Source: Candidatus Dormiibacterota bacterium
GTDB taxonomy: Bacteria; Chloroflexota; Dormibacteria; Aeolococcales; Aeolococcaceae
Length of the DNA stretch: 64,000 nucleotides
Direction: 5' to 3'
Assembly: GCA_041691155.1 (NCBI GenBank)
Contig: JBEPVD010000011.1
Coordinates: forward strand, 636 to 64,635
Part shown: piece after piece, positions 1 through 10,671 of the stretch
Position numbering within the stretch: position 1 is the first letter of the stretch
How the letters are laid out: each line of letters starts with the position of its first letter
Translations under genes and position numbers: made by a program
Notes under the pieces: model-generated
Told to the model about the DNA's origin: nothing
The model's database searches: none
What the model saw: the letters and a program-made list of their open reading frames with translations, nothing else

Positions 1-47
1 GGCACACTCTCTGGTGGCGCTCGCCGCCCTAACGGGGTAACCGCTTC

Positions 48-527
48 CTACTCGCCAACCTCGAGCGGCAATGATGCCGTTGCTCCGAGCAACATCGAGG
101 CAAGCATCGTCCCCATGCGGGACGGCGCGAAACGCTCGCTGCTGTCACGAATGTCGTCGATGCACCACCAGCGGTATTCGCGAATCATGGCGGCTTCGCC
201 GGGTTCGAAGCCGGTCGTATCGACCGCAGGCCGGCCGACGCGAATGACGAAGAAGCGTTCCAGGTGACGTTCCACCTCGCCCTGCCATGTGAACAGCGTG
301 TCGCGAGTCCACACGGGTGCGGCGAGATCGGCGGGGTCGATACGGAGGCCGGTCTCCTCCCTGACTTCGCGCACCAGCGCAGCCTCGTACGTCTCGTCAC
401 TCTCGAGACCGCCTCCGGGTGCGAACCACCAGGGCTCGCGGTCGGCGAGCACGCCGCGGAAGAGCAGCACGCGTTCCCCGCTGTCGATGATCAGCGCACG
501 AGCCGCTCTACGGATTGCCGGGGTCAT
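48..527 (-). CDS. NUDIX hydrolase
   Basis: Nudix box GGGLESDETYEAALVREVREETG; likely start MTPAIRRAARALII at 527 within ORF 48..719. Confidence 0.85.
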   Translation of the reverse strand: MTPAIRRAARALIIDSGERVLLFRGVLADREPWWFAPGGGLESDETYEAALVREVREETGLRIDPADLAAPVWTRDTLFTWQGEVERHLERFFVIRVGRPAVDTTGFEPGEAAMIREYRWWCIDDIRDSSERFAPSRMGTMLASMLLGATASLPLEVGE

Positions 528-674
528 GCCGTGGATGCACCCGTCACGCCATGGTCCTTCGCACGCAGCGCCGCACCGGGCGCGGTGACGGCGAGCCGCG
601 ACCGTCGACTCCCGGTGGCCCGGCCAGGTGGTGGCAAGTCCGCTCGCGACGCATTGCATCGGTAAGGTTCGCGC

Positions 675-1610
675 ATGGCACAGCACTTCGCCACGTCCGG
701 CATTCCAGCGCGCGAGCAACGTCTGGCGGTCGCGGCCGCACTCGTCACCGTCGTCCTCTGGGCCTCGGCCTTCGTCGGCATCCAGGCGGCCGGGCAGGTG
801 CTGGCTCCGGGAGCCCTCTCGCTGGCGCGGCTCCTCGTCGGGACGGTGGCGCTCGGCCTACTGGTGCTGGTTCGCAGGGAGCCGCTCCCGCGCCGGGCTG
901 ATTTCCCGGCGATCCTGCTCTTCGGACTCCTCTGGTTCGGCGTCTACAACATCGTCCTCAACCAGTCCGAGCGGCTGGTGGACGCCGGGACCGCGGCGAT
1001 GCTCGTGAATATCTCGCCGGTTTTCATCGCCATTCTTGGTGGCGTCCTCCTCCGCGAAGGGTTTCCGCGACGCGTCGTCATCGGGTGTGCAATCGGTTTC
1101 GCGGGGGCGGTCATCATCGGCTTTGCCACGTCGACGCGCGGCCTCCAGGCGGGCATGGGCGCGGTACTCTGCGTGGTCGCCGCCGCAGCATACGCGGGCG
1201 GAGTCACGGTGGAGAAGCCGGTTCTGGCACGCAGTTCCGCCGTGTCGGTCACGTGGCTCGGATGCACCATCGGGGCGATCGCGTGTCTGCCGTTCGCGCC
1301 GCAGCTGGCAGCTGAGCTCGCGCATGCAGAGCCGATCACGTGGGCGTGGGCGATCTACCTCGGCCTGTTTCCCACTGCGGTGGGATTCACCTTCTGGGGC
1401 TATGCGCTCGCCCGGACCAGTTCCGGGCGTCTGGGAGCGACGACCTACCTGGTGCCGCCCATCTCCATCGCGCTCGGGTGGCTCGTGCTCGGCGACGTGC
1501 CGCCCTGGCTGGCGTTTATCGGCGGTGTCCTGTGTCTGGCCGGCGTCGCCGTGACGCGCGGTGCGCGAGTGCCCCGGCTCCGGCGCCGGGCACCGGAGCC
1601 GGCTGCCTGA
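675..1610 (+). CDS. EamA/DMT family transporter
   Basis: About 10 hydrophobic helices in two EamA repeats (LWASAFVGI, YLGLFPTAVGF, YLVPPISIALGW). Confidence 0.9.
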   Translation: MAQHFATSGIPAREQRLAVAAALVTVVLWASAFVGIQAAGQVLAPGALSLARLLVGTVALGLLVLVRREPLPRRADFPAILLFGLLWFGVYNIVLNQSERLVDAGTAAMLVNISPVFIAILGGVLLREGFPRRVVIGCAIGFAGAVIIGFATSTRGLQAGMGAVLCVVAAAAYAGGVTVEKPVLARSSAVSVTWLGCTIGAIACLPFAPQLAAELAHAEPITWAWAIYLGLFPTAVGFTFWGYALARTSSGRLGATTYLVPPISIALGWLVLGDVPPWLAFIGGVLCLAGVAVTRGARVPRLRRRAPEPAA

Positions 1611-1634
1611 ATATGTCATATATACTTGACATAT
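1611..1634. promoter_or_regulatory. Inverted-repeat operator ATATGTCA-N8-TGACATAT enclosing a TATACT -10 element
   Basis: Perfect 8-bp inverted repeat in an AT-rich patch; TATACT at 1621-1626 lies 6 nt before ATG 1633. Confidence 0.7.
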
Positions 1635-1977
1635 GCCCTATCTGGGATCGACCCTTTCCGCAGATGCAGCCGTCGCCTCTGTGCTCAACGCGCTGAACGA
1701 GCTCCCCACCAGCGACCGGCTGCTCGCGCTGCGATCCGTCGCCGTGCTCCTCGGCGCCCGGCGAGCATCCACGGTCCTTGCCGCTCGCAGCGAGGGGATG
1801 AGCTGGCACGACATTGCCGATCGCCTGGGCATGTCACGGCAATCCGTCTGGGATCGCTACGCCGCCGAGGATCACGATCCGCCGCCGCCCGCCCGAGGCA
1901 GGCATTCCCGCGCCCGCGCCACTACGCACACCTTTTCGAACTGCGCCGCCTACAAAGCGGTCACCACCCGCCAGTGA
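1633..1977 (+). CDS. Small helix-turn-helix protein
   Basis: ARSEGMSWHDIADRLGMSRQSVWDRY is HTH-like; operator and promoter directly upstream. Confidence 0.7.
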   Translation: MPYLGSTLSADAAVASVLNALNELPTSDRLLALRSVAVLLGARRASTVLAARSEGMSWHDIADRLGMSRQSVWDRYAAEDHDPPPPARGRHSRARATTHTFSNCAAYKAVTTRQ

Positions 1978-1991
1978 CCAGGAGAAGCTCG

Positions 1992-2321
1992 ATGCTCAAT
2001 GCTGTTGACGACGCGACGTTCGACACCGACGTGCTCGAGTCGGGCATTCCCGTGCTCGTCGAGTTCGGGGCCTCGTGGTGTCCACCCTGCCGGATGATCG
2101 CGCCCGTGCTGGAAGACATCGCGACCGAGCGTGCCGGCCGGTTGAACGTTCGCTCCATCGACGTGGACGCCAACCCCGTGACGCAGACCAAATATGGCGT
2201 CATGTCGCTGCCGACGATGCTGTTGTTTGTTCGCGGCACGCCCGTGCGCGAGGTGATCGGCCTCATGTCGAAGGGCCGGCTCCTGCAGTTCGTCGACGAG
2301 GCGCTGGAGACCGCCGCCTGA
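1992..2321 (+). CDS. trxA: Thioredoxin
   Basis: WCPPC active site, thioredoxin fold pattern; RBS AGGAG before ATG 1992. Confidence 0.9.
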   Translation: MLNAVDDATFDTDVLESGIPVLVEFGASWCPPCRMIAPVLEDIATERAGRLNVRSIDVDANPVTQTKYGVMSLPTMLLFVRGTPVREVIGLMSKGRLLQFVDEALETAA

Positions 2322-2344
2322 CGCGAAGCCCCAGAGCACGCGGA

Positions 2345-2746
2345 TCAGGAGACCGTGATCTCGCCCTTCATGTTGGGTGCGTGCGGGATGCAGAGGAAGT
2401 GGTAGGTGCCCGCAACCGTGAACTTCACCTCCCATGTCGAGCCGCCGTTGAGCGACGCGTCGGTGAGGCAGCCGTCGTTGTTGTCCTGAAAGGTCACCGT
2501 GTGCGTGACGCTCCCTGTGTTCTTGAACTCGATGACCGAACCCACGGTCGCGGTGGATGAAGGAGGGTCAAAGACCAGGGAGTCAGTGGCGTTGATCGTC
2601 ACCGCAGGGGTGCCAACGCCGCTGACCGCGGCGGTCCCGTTGCAGACCCCGGTGTTGGTCGGCCCGGTGTTGTCGCTCCCGCAGCCGACGACTCCCATCA
2701 TCCCGATCGCGCCACTCCCGAGCGCAAGCATCCGTAGCCGTCTCAC
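2345..2746 (-). CDS. Cupredoxin (blue copper) lipoprotein
   Basis: Signal peptide with lipobox-like VVGC; type-1 Cu ligands H (VTHTV) and C-x2-H-x3-M (CIPHAPNM); GTG start with AGGGAG RBS. Confidence 0.8.
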   Translation of the reverse strand: MRRLRMLALGSGAIGMMGVVGCGSDNTGPTNTGVCNGTAAVSGVGTPAVTINATDSLVFDPPSSTATVGSVIEFKNTGSVTHTVTFQDNNDGCLTDASLNGGSTWEVKFTVAGTYHFLCIPHAPNMKGEITVS

Positions 2747-2961
2747 GTCGCTATCTCCCTGGTGGCGGCCGCGGTCAGCCACGGCCGGCCGTGGCGCGAA
2801 ACCCGATCCTCCCGCCGTCCACGATACCCGAGGCGTCCTCGCATCCGAATTCGGGATCGTCCGGGGCGACAGAGTGCATCGGTAGAGTGGCCGGGGTGGG
2901 CAGAGGCTTTGAGACGCGTGCCGACGGCGCTCCCGACGCCGCCACGGCGGCGCGATCAGGG

Positions 2962-3591
2962 ATGGCGCGAGCGCTTGACGTCCTTGAGGACGGACCGCAC
3001 CCACGACGCGCACCACCGGTCATGGGCAACCTCATCCTCACATCGCACGCCAGCCTGATCATCCTGTTTGGACTGGTGCTGCTCTACCTGAGCGGCCTCG
3101 CGTTCGCACCGCTTCGTCCGATGCACTTCGCCATCGGCTTCGCGCTGATTCCGTTGCTCGTGGTGAAACTCCTCAGTACCGGTTGGCGAGCAATCCGGTA
3201 CTACATCGGTCGCAGCGCATACCGGGCCGCGGGACCACCGTGGTGGTTGCCGCGGCTGATCGCTCTTCCCCTCGTCATCTCGGTCGTGCTCGCGACCGTC
3301 AGCGGTGTGGTGCTCTGGGCTGAGGGCACGGATCAGGGCACCTGGGCTACGGTCCATGCCGATTCCGTCATCGCGCTCGCCGTGCTGGCGCTGGTCCACC
3401 TTGCCGTGTACGTCCGCAAAGCAGCACGCGCCTCAGCGAAAAGCCTCACCGCGACCGCGGTCAACCGGCCCGAGCGAGTGATCGTCTGGGCGCTGCTCGC
3501 AGCCCTGGTCGCGGGGGCTATCGCGACCGGTCTCGAACCCACCTGGGACCCGGCGGCTGCGGCGAGCCCAGGTACCGTGGCGCAACCCTAG
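2962..3591 (+). CDS. Polytopic membrane protein, possibly cytochrome b-like
   Basis: About 5 TM segments; His in or near helices (TSHAS, MHFAI, TVHAD, LVHLA). Confidence 0.6.
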   Translation: MARALDVLEDGPHPRRAPPVMGNLILTSHASLIILFGLVLLYLSGLAFAPLRPMHFAIGFALIPLLVVKLLSTGWRAIRYYIGRSAYRAAGPPWWLPRLIALPLVISVVLATVSGVVLWAEGTDQGTWATVHADSVIALAVLALVHLAVYVRKAARASAKSLTATAVNRPERVIVWALLAALVAGAIATGLEPTWDPAAAASPGTVAQP

Positions 3592-3600
3592 CCGGTTCCC

Positions 3601-6600
3601 TTATCGAGATTGGGTTTTCTCGCTCGCGTTGCCGACCAGGTCGAAGACTTCCCACATGTCAGCGTATCTCCCACCCCGGGCGAGCAGCTCGTCATGCGAT
3701 CCCGACTCGACCACTGCACCGCTGTGCAGGACGATGATGCGATCCGCCGCTCTCGCGGTCTGCAATCGATGGGCGATGACGACGGTCGTGCGTCCATGCG
3801 AGACCTCATGCATCGCCGCGGCCACGTGCGCTTCGGTCACCAGGTCGAGATTCGAAGTTGCCTCATCGAGCAGCAACAGGGCGGGATCGACGAGCGCCGC
3901 GCGCGCGAGCGCGATCAGTTGACGCTGACCAGACGACAGCGAGCGGCCGCGTTCGGTCAGTTCGTGGTGATAGCCGCCTGACAGCCGCGCGATGAAGTCG
4001 TGTGCGCCCACTGCCCGCGCGGCGGTCTCGACCTGCGCATCCGTTGCGTCGGGGCGTCCGTACGCGATGTTGTCGCGTACCGTGCCGGAGAACAGGAACG
4101 CCTCCTGGGGCACATAACCGAGCTGCATGCGGAAGTCGTGCAGATCGATGTTGCGAAGATCGTGATCGTCAACCTGCACGCTTCCCTCGTCGGGGTCGTA
4201 GAAGCGCGCGAGCAGCTTCATCACCGTGGACTTACCGGCACCGGTCTCCCCCACCAACGCGACGGTCTCGCCCGCCGTGATGTGCAGATCGATCCCCCGG
4301 AGCGCTTCGGGTGGCTTGCGCCAGGCAGCGTCCTTCGATTGCACGAACCGCGGGTCATCCGGACCGCGCCGATCGACCGGGCGCGCCCCGTCGAAGCCGG
4401 AGCGGAGCGGCTGCGTCGGATATGAGAAGTGCACACCGGCAAGCGCGATGTCGCCGTGCAGCCGGCCGGGGTCCTCGGGAACCGCTGGATTCGGCGTGAT
4501 CGTCTCGAGCTGCATGAGGTCGGCGATGCGTCCCACGGACACCCGTGTCTGCTGCCATGCGTCGAACACCTGCGAGAGTTGCTGTATCGGCGAGAAGAAC
4601 AGGTCGATGTAGAGCAGGAACGCGATCAGCGCACCCGATGTCAGGTGTCCGGTCTGGATGAGGTGCGCACCGACTCCCAGGACGATCGCATCGGCGACAG
4701 CGGCCATGAACTGCACGAATGGGAAGTACGTGGCCACGAGGCGTTGGGCCGCCACGCGGGTGTCGAGATACGAGCGACCGAGCCGGTGGAACTGCGCCAT
4801 CGCGGCGCCCTCGTGCACGAAGGCCTGCGACTCGCGAACGCCGGACAGGCTCTCTTGAAAGTCGGCGTTGACGATCGCGATCCGCTCACGCGACATGCTG
4901 TACAGGCGTGCCGCCTTCTGCCGGAATATCACCGTCGCCACGGCGAGCGGCACCGTGACCGCGAGCGCGCAGAGCCCAAGCTCGGCGTTGATGACGATCA
5001 GCGCCACACCGACGCCGACGAAAGTGACGATCGAGACCAGCGCCGAGAGCAGACCGTTCTCGATGAGCGACTCGAACTGATCGACATCGGTCGTCATGCG
5101 GGTCATGATCCGGCCGGCCATCTCCCGCTCGTAGTAGTCGAGCGAGAGACGTTGCAACTGCGCCCAGATGCGGATGCGGAGCGACAGCATGATGCGTTGT
5201 GCCGCTCGACCGGTGACGAACGTCTCGCCGACCTCGTCAACGAGATCCACTAGGGTCACCACGAGAAACACGGCTGCGGCAGCGAACAGCACGAACGAGG
5301 ACCCCGTGGAGACGCCGTTGTCGATACCGGTCTTCACGAGGACCGGGCCGGCAAGCGTCATCAAGCCGTCAATGACGACGAGCATCAGGCCCGCGAGCAG
5401 TGGACGGCGAAACTCGCGCAACAGGCGGAGGAGACTGAACTGGCGATCGTGGCGCGTCTCGCGCTCGAGATCCACCTTGGCAACATCGCGGACGGGTCGG
5501 AGGCGCGCGACCCTGCCCAGCAACTCAGGAGTCGGCGCCAGGTTGAGGCGCCACCCGCCTCCGCCGCCGCCAAGCCCCGGACCCAGGCTCGGCGCTCCGA
5601 TGCTGCGGTTCGCGGTCCGGATCCCGGAGCGCTGCCAGTCACCGCCCCAGGCTGCTGCGGTCGTACCGTCCGCTCCGGCCATCGACGCCAGCGCTTCAAT
5701 GGAGTCCCCGGTCGACTCCGCGTCCAGTTCCTCGAGCCCCGAAACCAATGTCCGGTAGCGCGCGCTGCGCGCAATGAGGTCGGCGTGCGTGCCCTGCTCG
5801 ACGATGCGCCCGCCGTCAAGCACAACGATCCGATCGGCGAGATGCAGCGTTGACTGTCGGTGCGCGATGAGCAATGTGGTGCGCCCCGCCATCACTCCAC
5901 GCAGCGCGTCGTGGAGGTCGGCCTCGATCCGCGCGTCGATGGCGCTGGTCGCGTCGTCGAGGATGAGGATGCGCGGATCGTAGAGGATCGCCCGCGCGAG
6001 GGCCACGCGTTGTCGCTGTCCGCCCGAGAGCGTGAGACCGCGCTCGCCGATGGCTGTGTCGTAGCCGCGCGGCAACTCAAGGATGAATTCATGCGCCTGC
6101 GCCGCCCGGGCGGCGGCTTCTACCTGCGCTTCGGTTGCGTCGGGCTGTCCGTACGCGATGTTCGCTCGCACACTGTCCGAGAAGAGAAAGCTTTCCTCGA
6201 ATACCACGCCGCCGTCGCAGCGAACGGAGCGCCACGTCGCGTACGTCGTGACCGTCGACGAGCACCGTCCCTTCGGTGGGATCGTAGAAACGCGGGACCA
6301 GGTTGGCGAGAGTCGATTTGCCGCTGCCGCTCGGTCCGACGATGGCGACGCGCTCACCGGGCTGCACGTGAAGGTCCACCCCCTGAAGCACCGGCTCGCC
6401 TTCCCCGTAGTCGAAATGAACGTTGGAAAAGATGATGTCGCCGCGCAGTTCAGGGAGCTCGAGTGCCTCAGTCTTGTCGGCAATGGCCGAGGGGAGGTCG
6501 AGCAACTGGAAGATGCGCTCGAGGCCCGCGCGTGCCTGCTGGCCGATGGTGAGAACGCCCGCGAGCTGCCGTGCGGGCGCCATCAGCTGCGTGACATACG

Positions 6601-7453
6601 TCGAGAATGCAAGGAAGGTGCCCAGCGTGATCTGGTGGTGCAGTGCCAGCCAGCCGCCGAGCGCAAGGATCGCGACCTGGGCGAACATCGGAATCGCCTC
6701 GAGCAGGGGCTGGTAGCGGGACTGCAGACGCACCGCGCGCATCTGCGAGCCGTACACCGTCTTGGCAGCATCGGCGATTCTCTCGATCTCCCGCTGCTCC
6801 TGACCGAAGGCCTTGACGACCCGGACGCCGTTCAAGTCCTCGTCGACGATCTGCACAAGGTCTCCCTCGCGCTGCTGCCCGTCCCAGGTTGCGGGAAAGA
6901 TGCGCCAGCGCATCCGGTACGAAACCACGAGCAGGGTCGGCGCCACCACGATGCTCACCAATGACAACAGCGGCGACAGATACACCATCACGCCGAGGGA
7001 CAGCAACAACATCAAGACGTTGCTGCTCATGATCGGAAAGAAGCTCAGCAGTCCCTGAACCAGGGTGGAGTCAGAGTTGGCCCGCGCGACCAGCTGGCCG
7101 GTCGGCATGCGCCCGAGGTTGTCGAAGTCCAGCGTCTGGAGATGGTCGTGCATCGCGTTCCGCAGGTCGTACTGGACCTCGAGCGCAACCCGGCCGCCGC
7201 GGTAGCGCCGGATATAGGCGAACCCGAAGGTCGCGGCTGCGAGCCCGATCAGCAACACCAGCAACGGCCAGAGTTGGGAGCGTTGCGTGAGAATGACGCC
7301 GTCGACGATCTGGCGCGCGACCAGCGGCACCGCCACCTGACAGACGCTCCCCACGGCTGCCGCGCCGACCGAAAGAATGACATCGCGCCGGTGCCGGAGC
7401 ATATAGCCCCAGAGGCGGCGAATCCAACCAGGCTTCGCTTCAGCCTCCGTCAA
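3601..7453 (-). pseudogene. Fused double ABC exporter (TMD-NBD-TMD-NBD), frameshifted near 6211
   Basis: ORF 6089..7453 has TMD1 and Walker A GPSGSGKS; ORF 3601..6483 continues GVVFEESFLFS, LSGGQ, TMD2, NBD2 (GETGAGKS, LSSGQ); frame change at LRSLRR|GVVF. Confidence 0.8.
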
Positions 7454-7513
7454 TCGTGTCTCGCGCTCACTGAACGACTCAGCGTAGCGCGAGTGCTCGC
7501 GGGGAGCGCCCGC

Positions 7514-7759
7514 CTAGCTGGAGGCTGGCGAGAGGGTGATCGGGCTCACCCGGCAGCCGAGCTTCTCGAGAATCCTGACCGCGAGCTCCGGGCTGTCGTT
7601 CAGGGTGAGGCGGTACATCCCGCGCTCGTCGTGGCGAGGTTCGATGCGGATGACACGGAGGCCGGCCGCCTGCAACGCTGCCAGCATTCGGGCGACGCCA
7701 CCGTGACGGTGCGGAGTGGCCACCATGATGTCGCGGTCCATGACGTCGATTGCGAGCAT
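7514..7759 (-). CDS. Small ACT-like domain protein
   Basis: 81 aa, pattern PHRHGGVARMLAALQAAGLRV resembles an ACT domain; AGGGGAAG RBS. Confidence 0.55.
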   Translation of the reverse strand: MLAIDVMDRDIMVATPHRHGGVARMLAALQAAGLRVIRIEPRHDERGMYRLTLNDSPELAVRILEKLGCRVSPITLSPASS

Positions 7760-7890
7760 TGCTGCTTCCCCTATCTGGTTCGGCTATCTCTCGCATCATC
7801 GCGATCCCACCTGTCGGCTTCGTGAGTGAAAACTCAAAGGTTCCTGTGAACCCGTACGACGATCTCGGGTGGGCGGGCACAATCGACGCT

Positions 7891-8682
7891 ATGGCGGAAG
7901 TGTCAGGCGGGCCACTCGAAGTCCGGTGCGATCTCCTGCGCTCCCTGCACGTCCCCGGCGCTCCGCTGGTGCTCCCCAATGCCTGGGACGTCGCCTCCGC
8001 AAAAGCGGTGGCGGCCGCCGGCTTCCCCGTGGTGGCCACGACGAGCGGCGGCGTGGCTGAGGCGCTCGGGTTTTCGGACGGGCAGGACGCCCCCGTCGAG
8101 GAGATGCTCGCCGCCGCGGCCCGCATCGCACGCTCGGTCGCCGTCCCGGTCACGATCGATTTCGAGGCCGGGTACGGGTTGCCGCCCGAGGTGGTGGTGG
8201 ATCGATTGCTCGCCGCCGGCGCGGCGGGGTGCAACCTCGAGGACACGGACCACGCTGCCGGTCGCTTGGCCGAGACGGAGCGACACGCTGCCTGGCTGGC
8301 GAACATCCGGCGTGCCGCGACGGCGCGGGGGTACGGCCTGGTCATCAACGCGCGCGTCGACGTGTTCATTGAGCAGACGCAGCAGGACGGGCCTGAACTC
8401 CTCGATGAGGCCGTCACCCGCGCGCGGGCATACATCGCAGCGGGCGCGGATTGCGTCTATCCAATCGTCTTGCATGAAGCCGGTGTCATCAAACGCTTCG
8501 TCGATGCCGTCGGCTGTCCGGTCAACATCTTCCAGGTTCCGCCGGCGCCATCGAACGCGGAACTTGCGGCGATGGGCGTGGCGCGTATCAGCTACGGGTC
8601 ATCGATCCACCGGGAATCCATGCGCGATCTCGCGGCACATCTCGAGCGAATCCACCTCAGCCAGCGAGGCTCCGGGGGCTGA
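7891..8682 (+). CDS. Isocitrate lyase/PEP mutase family protein
   Basis: LPNAWDVASA, TTSGGVA, DFEAGYG, NLED, INARVD motifs. Confidence 0.88.
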   Translation: MAEVSGGPLEVRCDLLRSLHVPGAPLVLPNAWDVASAKAVAAAGFPVVATTSGGVAEALGFSDGQDAPVEEMLAAAARIARSVAVPVTIDFEAGYGLPPEVVVDRLLAAGAAGCNLEDTDHAAGRLAETERHAAWLANIRRAATARGYGLVINARVDVFIEQTQQDGPELLDEAVTRARAYIAAGADCVYPIVLHEAGVIKRFVDAVGCPVNIFQVPPAPSNAELAAMGVARISYGSSIHRESMRDLAAHLERIHLSQRGSGG

Positions 8683-9943
8683 CCGAGGTCGCGCTGACCA
8701 TGCGATGACGTCGCGCGACCAGCGCCTCCACACGGGCCATCTCGTTCCCCACGATCATCATCCCCTCGTCGACTCCCATGCCCGGTTTCGCCAGCACCTG
8801 CACCGCGCCACACGCCATGGCGATATTGGCCGACACCTGCGCGGATCGGTCCGTCTCGTTGCAACTGCCCCCGCAATACGCGGCGAGTCCATTGCGTGAC
8901 ACGAGCAGCAGGGCTTCGATGGTGTTGTTCACGCCGCCAAGGTCGGGCATCTTCACGTGGATGACATCTGCCGCCCTCGCGCGCACGAACAACTCGATGT
9001 CCTCGAGGGTGTTGCACCATTCGTCAACCGCGATCTGAACCTGACTGTTACGGGCTCCGAGTGCGGCACGGAGCGCAGCTGACACGTGGATCTGATCCGA
9101 TCGGTTCCCGGTGTCGATGACGTGCTCGACGCAGACACCAAATGGCCGCGCAGTCTCGCCGACCTCCGCGAGGTATGCGGCAACACGCTCCACATCACCG
9201 TCGAATACCGTGCCGATGGTCCCGTAGACATCGAAATGCAGGCGTGGCTCGTAGTCGGGACGCGAGCGCAAGGTCATGATGCGGTCGCGCACCCAGGCGA
9301 CGTATGCAAGCATCACCTCGCCGTCGCGCCCGAGTTTCGTTTCGACCTCGTTGATCAGGCCGTGCGGCAGGACGCCGGCCTCCTTGAGCACCATCTTGTC
9401 GACGTTGCTGTGCCGGTCGTCGCCGGACTGCACGAACATCGGCACCGGGCGGATCTCGATCCCGGTCTCGTACTCGTCGCGAACCACCTCGGCCATGGTG
9501 AGGCCCCGTGATCGCGCGACCGCGTCGAGGAGCGCCTGGGTGACCCCATACCTGATGGCAGCGTGCAGCAGTTTCCCTTCTACGATCAGAGAGTCGATCG
9601 TCGACGCGACCGCGCGGAACGACGTGACCGTGCTGCCCCGGAGGATCGGCGCCACATGTCGCTCGATCGCGACCACACCGGCCGCGGAGTCGAACACCGC
9701 GTCACGCCCGCCGACGCCCGAGTATTGCACCGCGGCGCAATCGCCGTGGGCGACCTGCCCGTCGTCGAGCAGGAGCAGGATTGAGACGCCCTCGCCAGGC
9801 TGCCGGATGGCGCGAAATCCGGGAGTGATCGGCAGGCCGGCGTAGGCAAAACCGTCGTGGATCGCCCCGGCGCGAATCGCTGCCTGGTCGTCCGCGAAGA
9901 ATCCTGTCCGCACCGGGACGGCGATCACGTCGACGATGTACAT
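8657..9943 (-). CDS. mal: Methylaspartate ammonia-lyase
   Basis: GFFADDQAAI, GDCAAVQYSG, LPHGLIN, HFDVYG, DEWCNT, KMPDLGG, GGSCNETD, LAKPGMGVDEG. Confidence 0.92.
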   Translation of the reverse strand: MYIVDVIAVPVRTGFFADDQAAIRAGAIHDGFAYAGLPITPGFRAIRQPGEGVSILLLLDDGQVAHGDCAAVQYSGVGGRDAVFDSAAGVVAIERHVAPILRGSTVTSFRAVASTIDSLIVEGKLLHAAIRYGVTQALLDAVARSRGLTMAEVVRDEYETGIEIRPVPMFVQSGDDRHSNVDKMVLKEAGVLPHGLINEVETKLGRDGEVMLAYVAWVRDRIMTLRSRPDYEPRLHFDVYGTIGTVFDGDVERVAAYLAEVGETARPFGVCVEHVIDTGNRSDQIHVSAALRAALGARNSQVQIAVDEWCNTLEDIELFVRARAADVIHVKMPDLGGVNNTIEALLLVSRNGLAAYCGGSCNETDRSAQVSANIAMACGAVQVLAKPGMGVDEGMMIVGNEMARVEALVARRHRMVSATSVSPRSLAG

Positions 9944-9978
9944 GGGACTCCGCTAGCGCTCTGGTGGCGAGGTTGGCT

Positions 9979-10671
9979 TCAGACCGGTTCGGCGCTCGCT
10001 CGCGCCCGGGTCCACTCCGCAGCGATGTCGGTGCTGGTTGCCATGTCGAATCGATGCCCCATGAGGAGCATCGATGCGTCGTGCTGCGCCCGGTCATCGC
10101 TCGCCACGCAATCGACTGCGATCACCACGTAGAGGTCGTTGAACATCGCGTCGCGCGCCGTCGACTCGACGCAGCCTTCGGTCGTGCAGCCGCCCACGAC
10201 CACGGTCTGGATCCCATTGCTACGCAACAGGAGTTCGAGGTTGGTGCCCCAGAAGGCACTGGAGCGGTTCTTGAGCACCACCAGCTCATCGGAGCGGGGC
10301 GTCAACTCCCGGACGAACGCGTGCCCGGGGGTGCCGGGCACCGAATAGCGCAGCGCCGGATCATTGCCGCGATGCGCAGCGTGCATGCGGAGGTTGAAGC
10401 GGATCTGGGCAGGCGAGTCGCTCATCCGGTTCGGGAGCGCGGTGTTCTGCACGTGGATAACGAGCACGCCGGCGTTTCTTGCGTCGTCGAGCAGGGCGGC
10501 AAGTACCGGCCGCTGCGCCTGGTACATGGAAACGTCGACACCCATCTCGCCGAAAGCGCCGTCCGGATCGACGAAGTCGTGCTGCATGTCGATGAGCAAC
10601 AGAGCCGTGTGCGAGGGGTCGACCAGCTCGGACAGTTCGGTGAAGACCTGCTTGCCGTCGACGGTGATCAC
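9979..10671 (-). CDS. Isochorismatase-family cysteine hydrolase
   Basis: Asp-Lys-Cys triad: LIDMQHDF, VLKNRSSAF, TTEGCVESTARDA. Confidence 0.9.
   Translation of the reverse strand: MITVDGKQVFTELSELVDPSHTALLLIDMQHDFVDPDGAFGEMGVDVSMYQAQRPVLAALLDDARNAGVLVIHVQNTALPNRMSDSPAQIRFNLRMHAAHRGNDPALRYSVPGTPGHAFVRELTPRSDELVVLKNRSSAFWGTNLELLLRSNGIQTVVVGGCTTEGCVESTARDAMFNDLYVVIAVDCVASDDRAQHDASMLLMGHRFDMATSTDIAAEWTRARASAEPV

Noticed and set aside
7461-7494. Hairpin upstream of the ABC exporter start (also one near 46705-46730)
   Set aside because: GC-rich stems with no U-tract or recognisable motif; cannot be distinguished from chance or Rho-dependent pause sites
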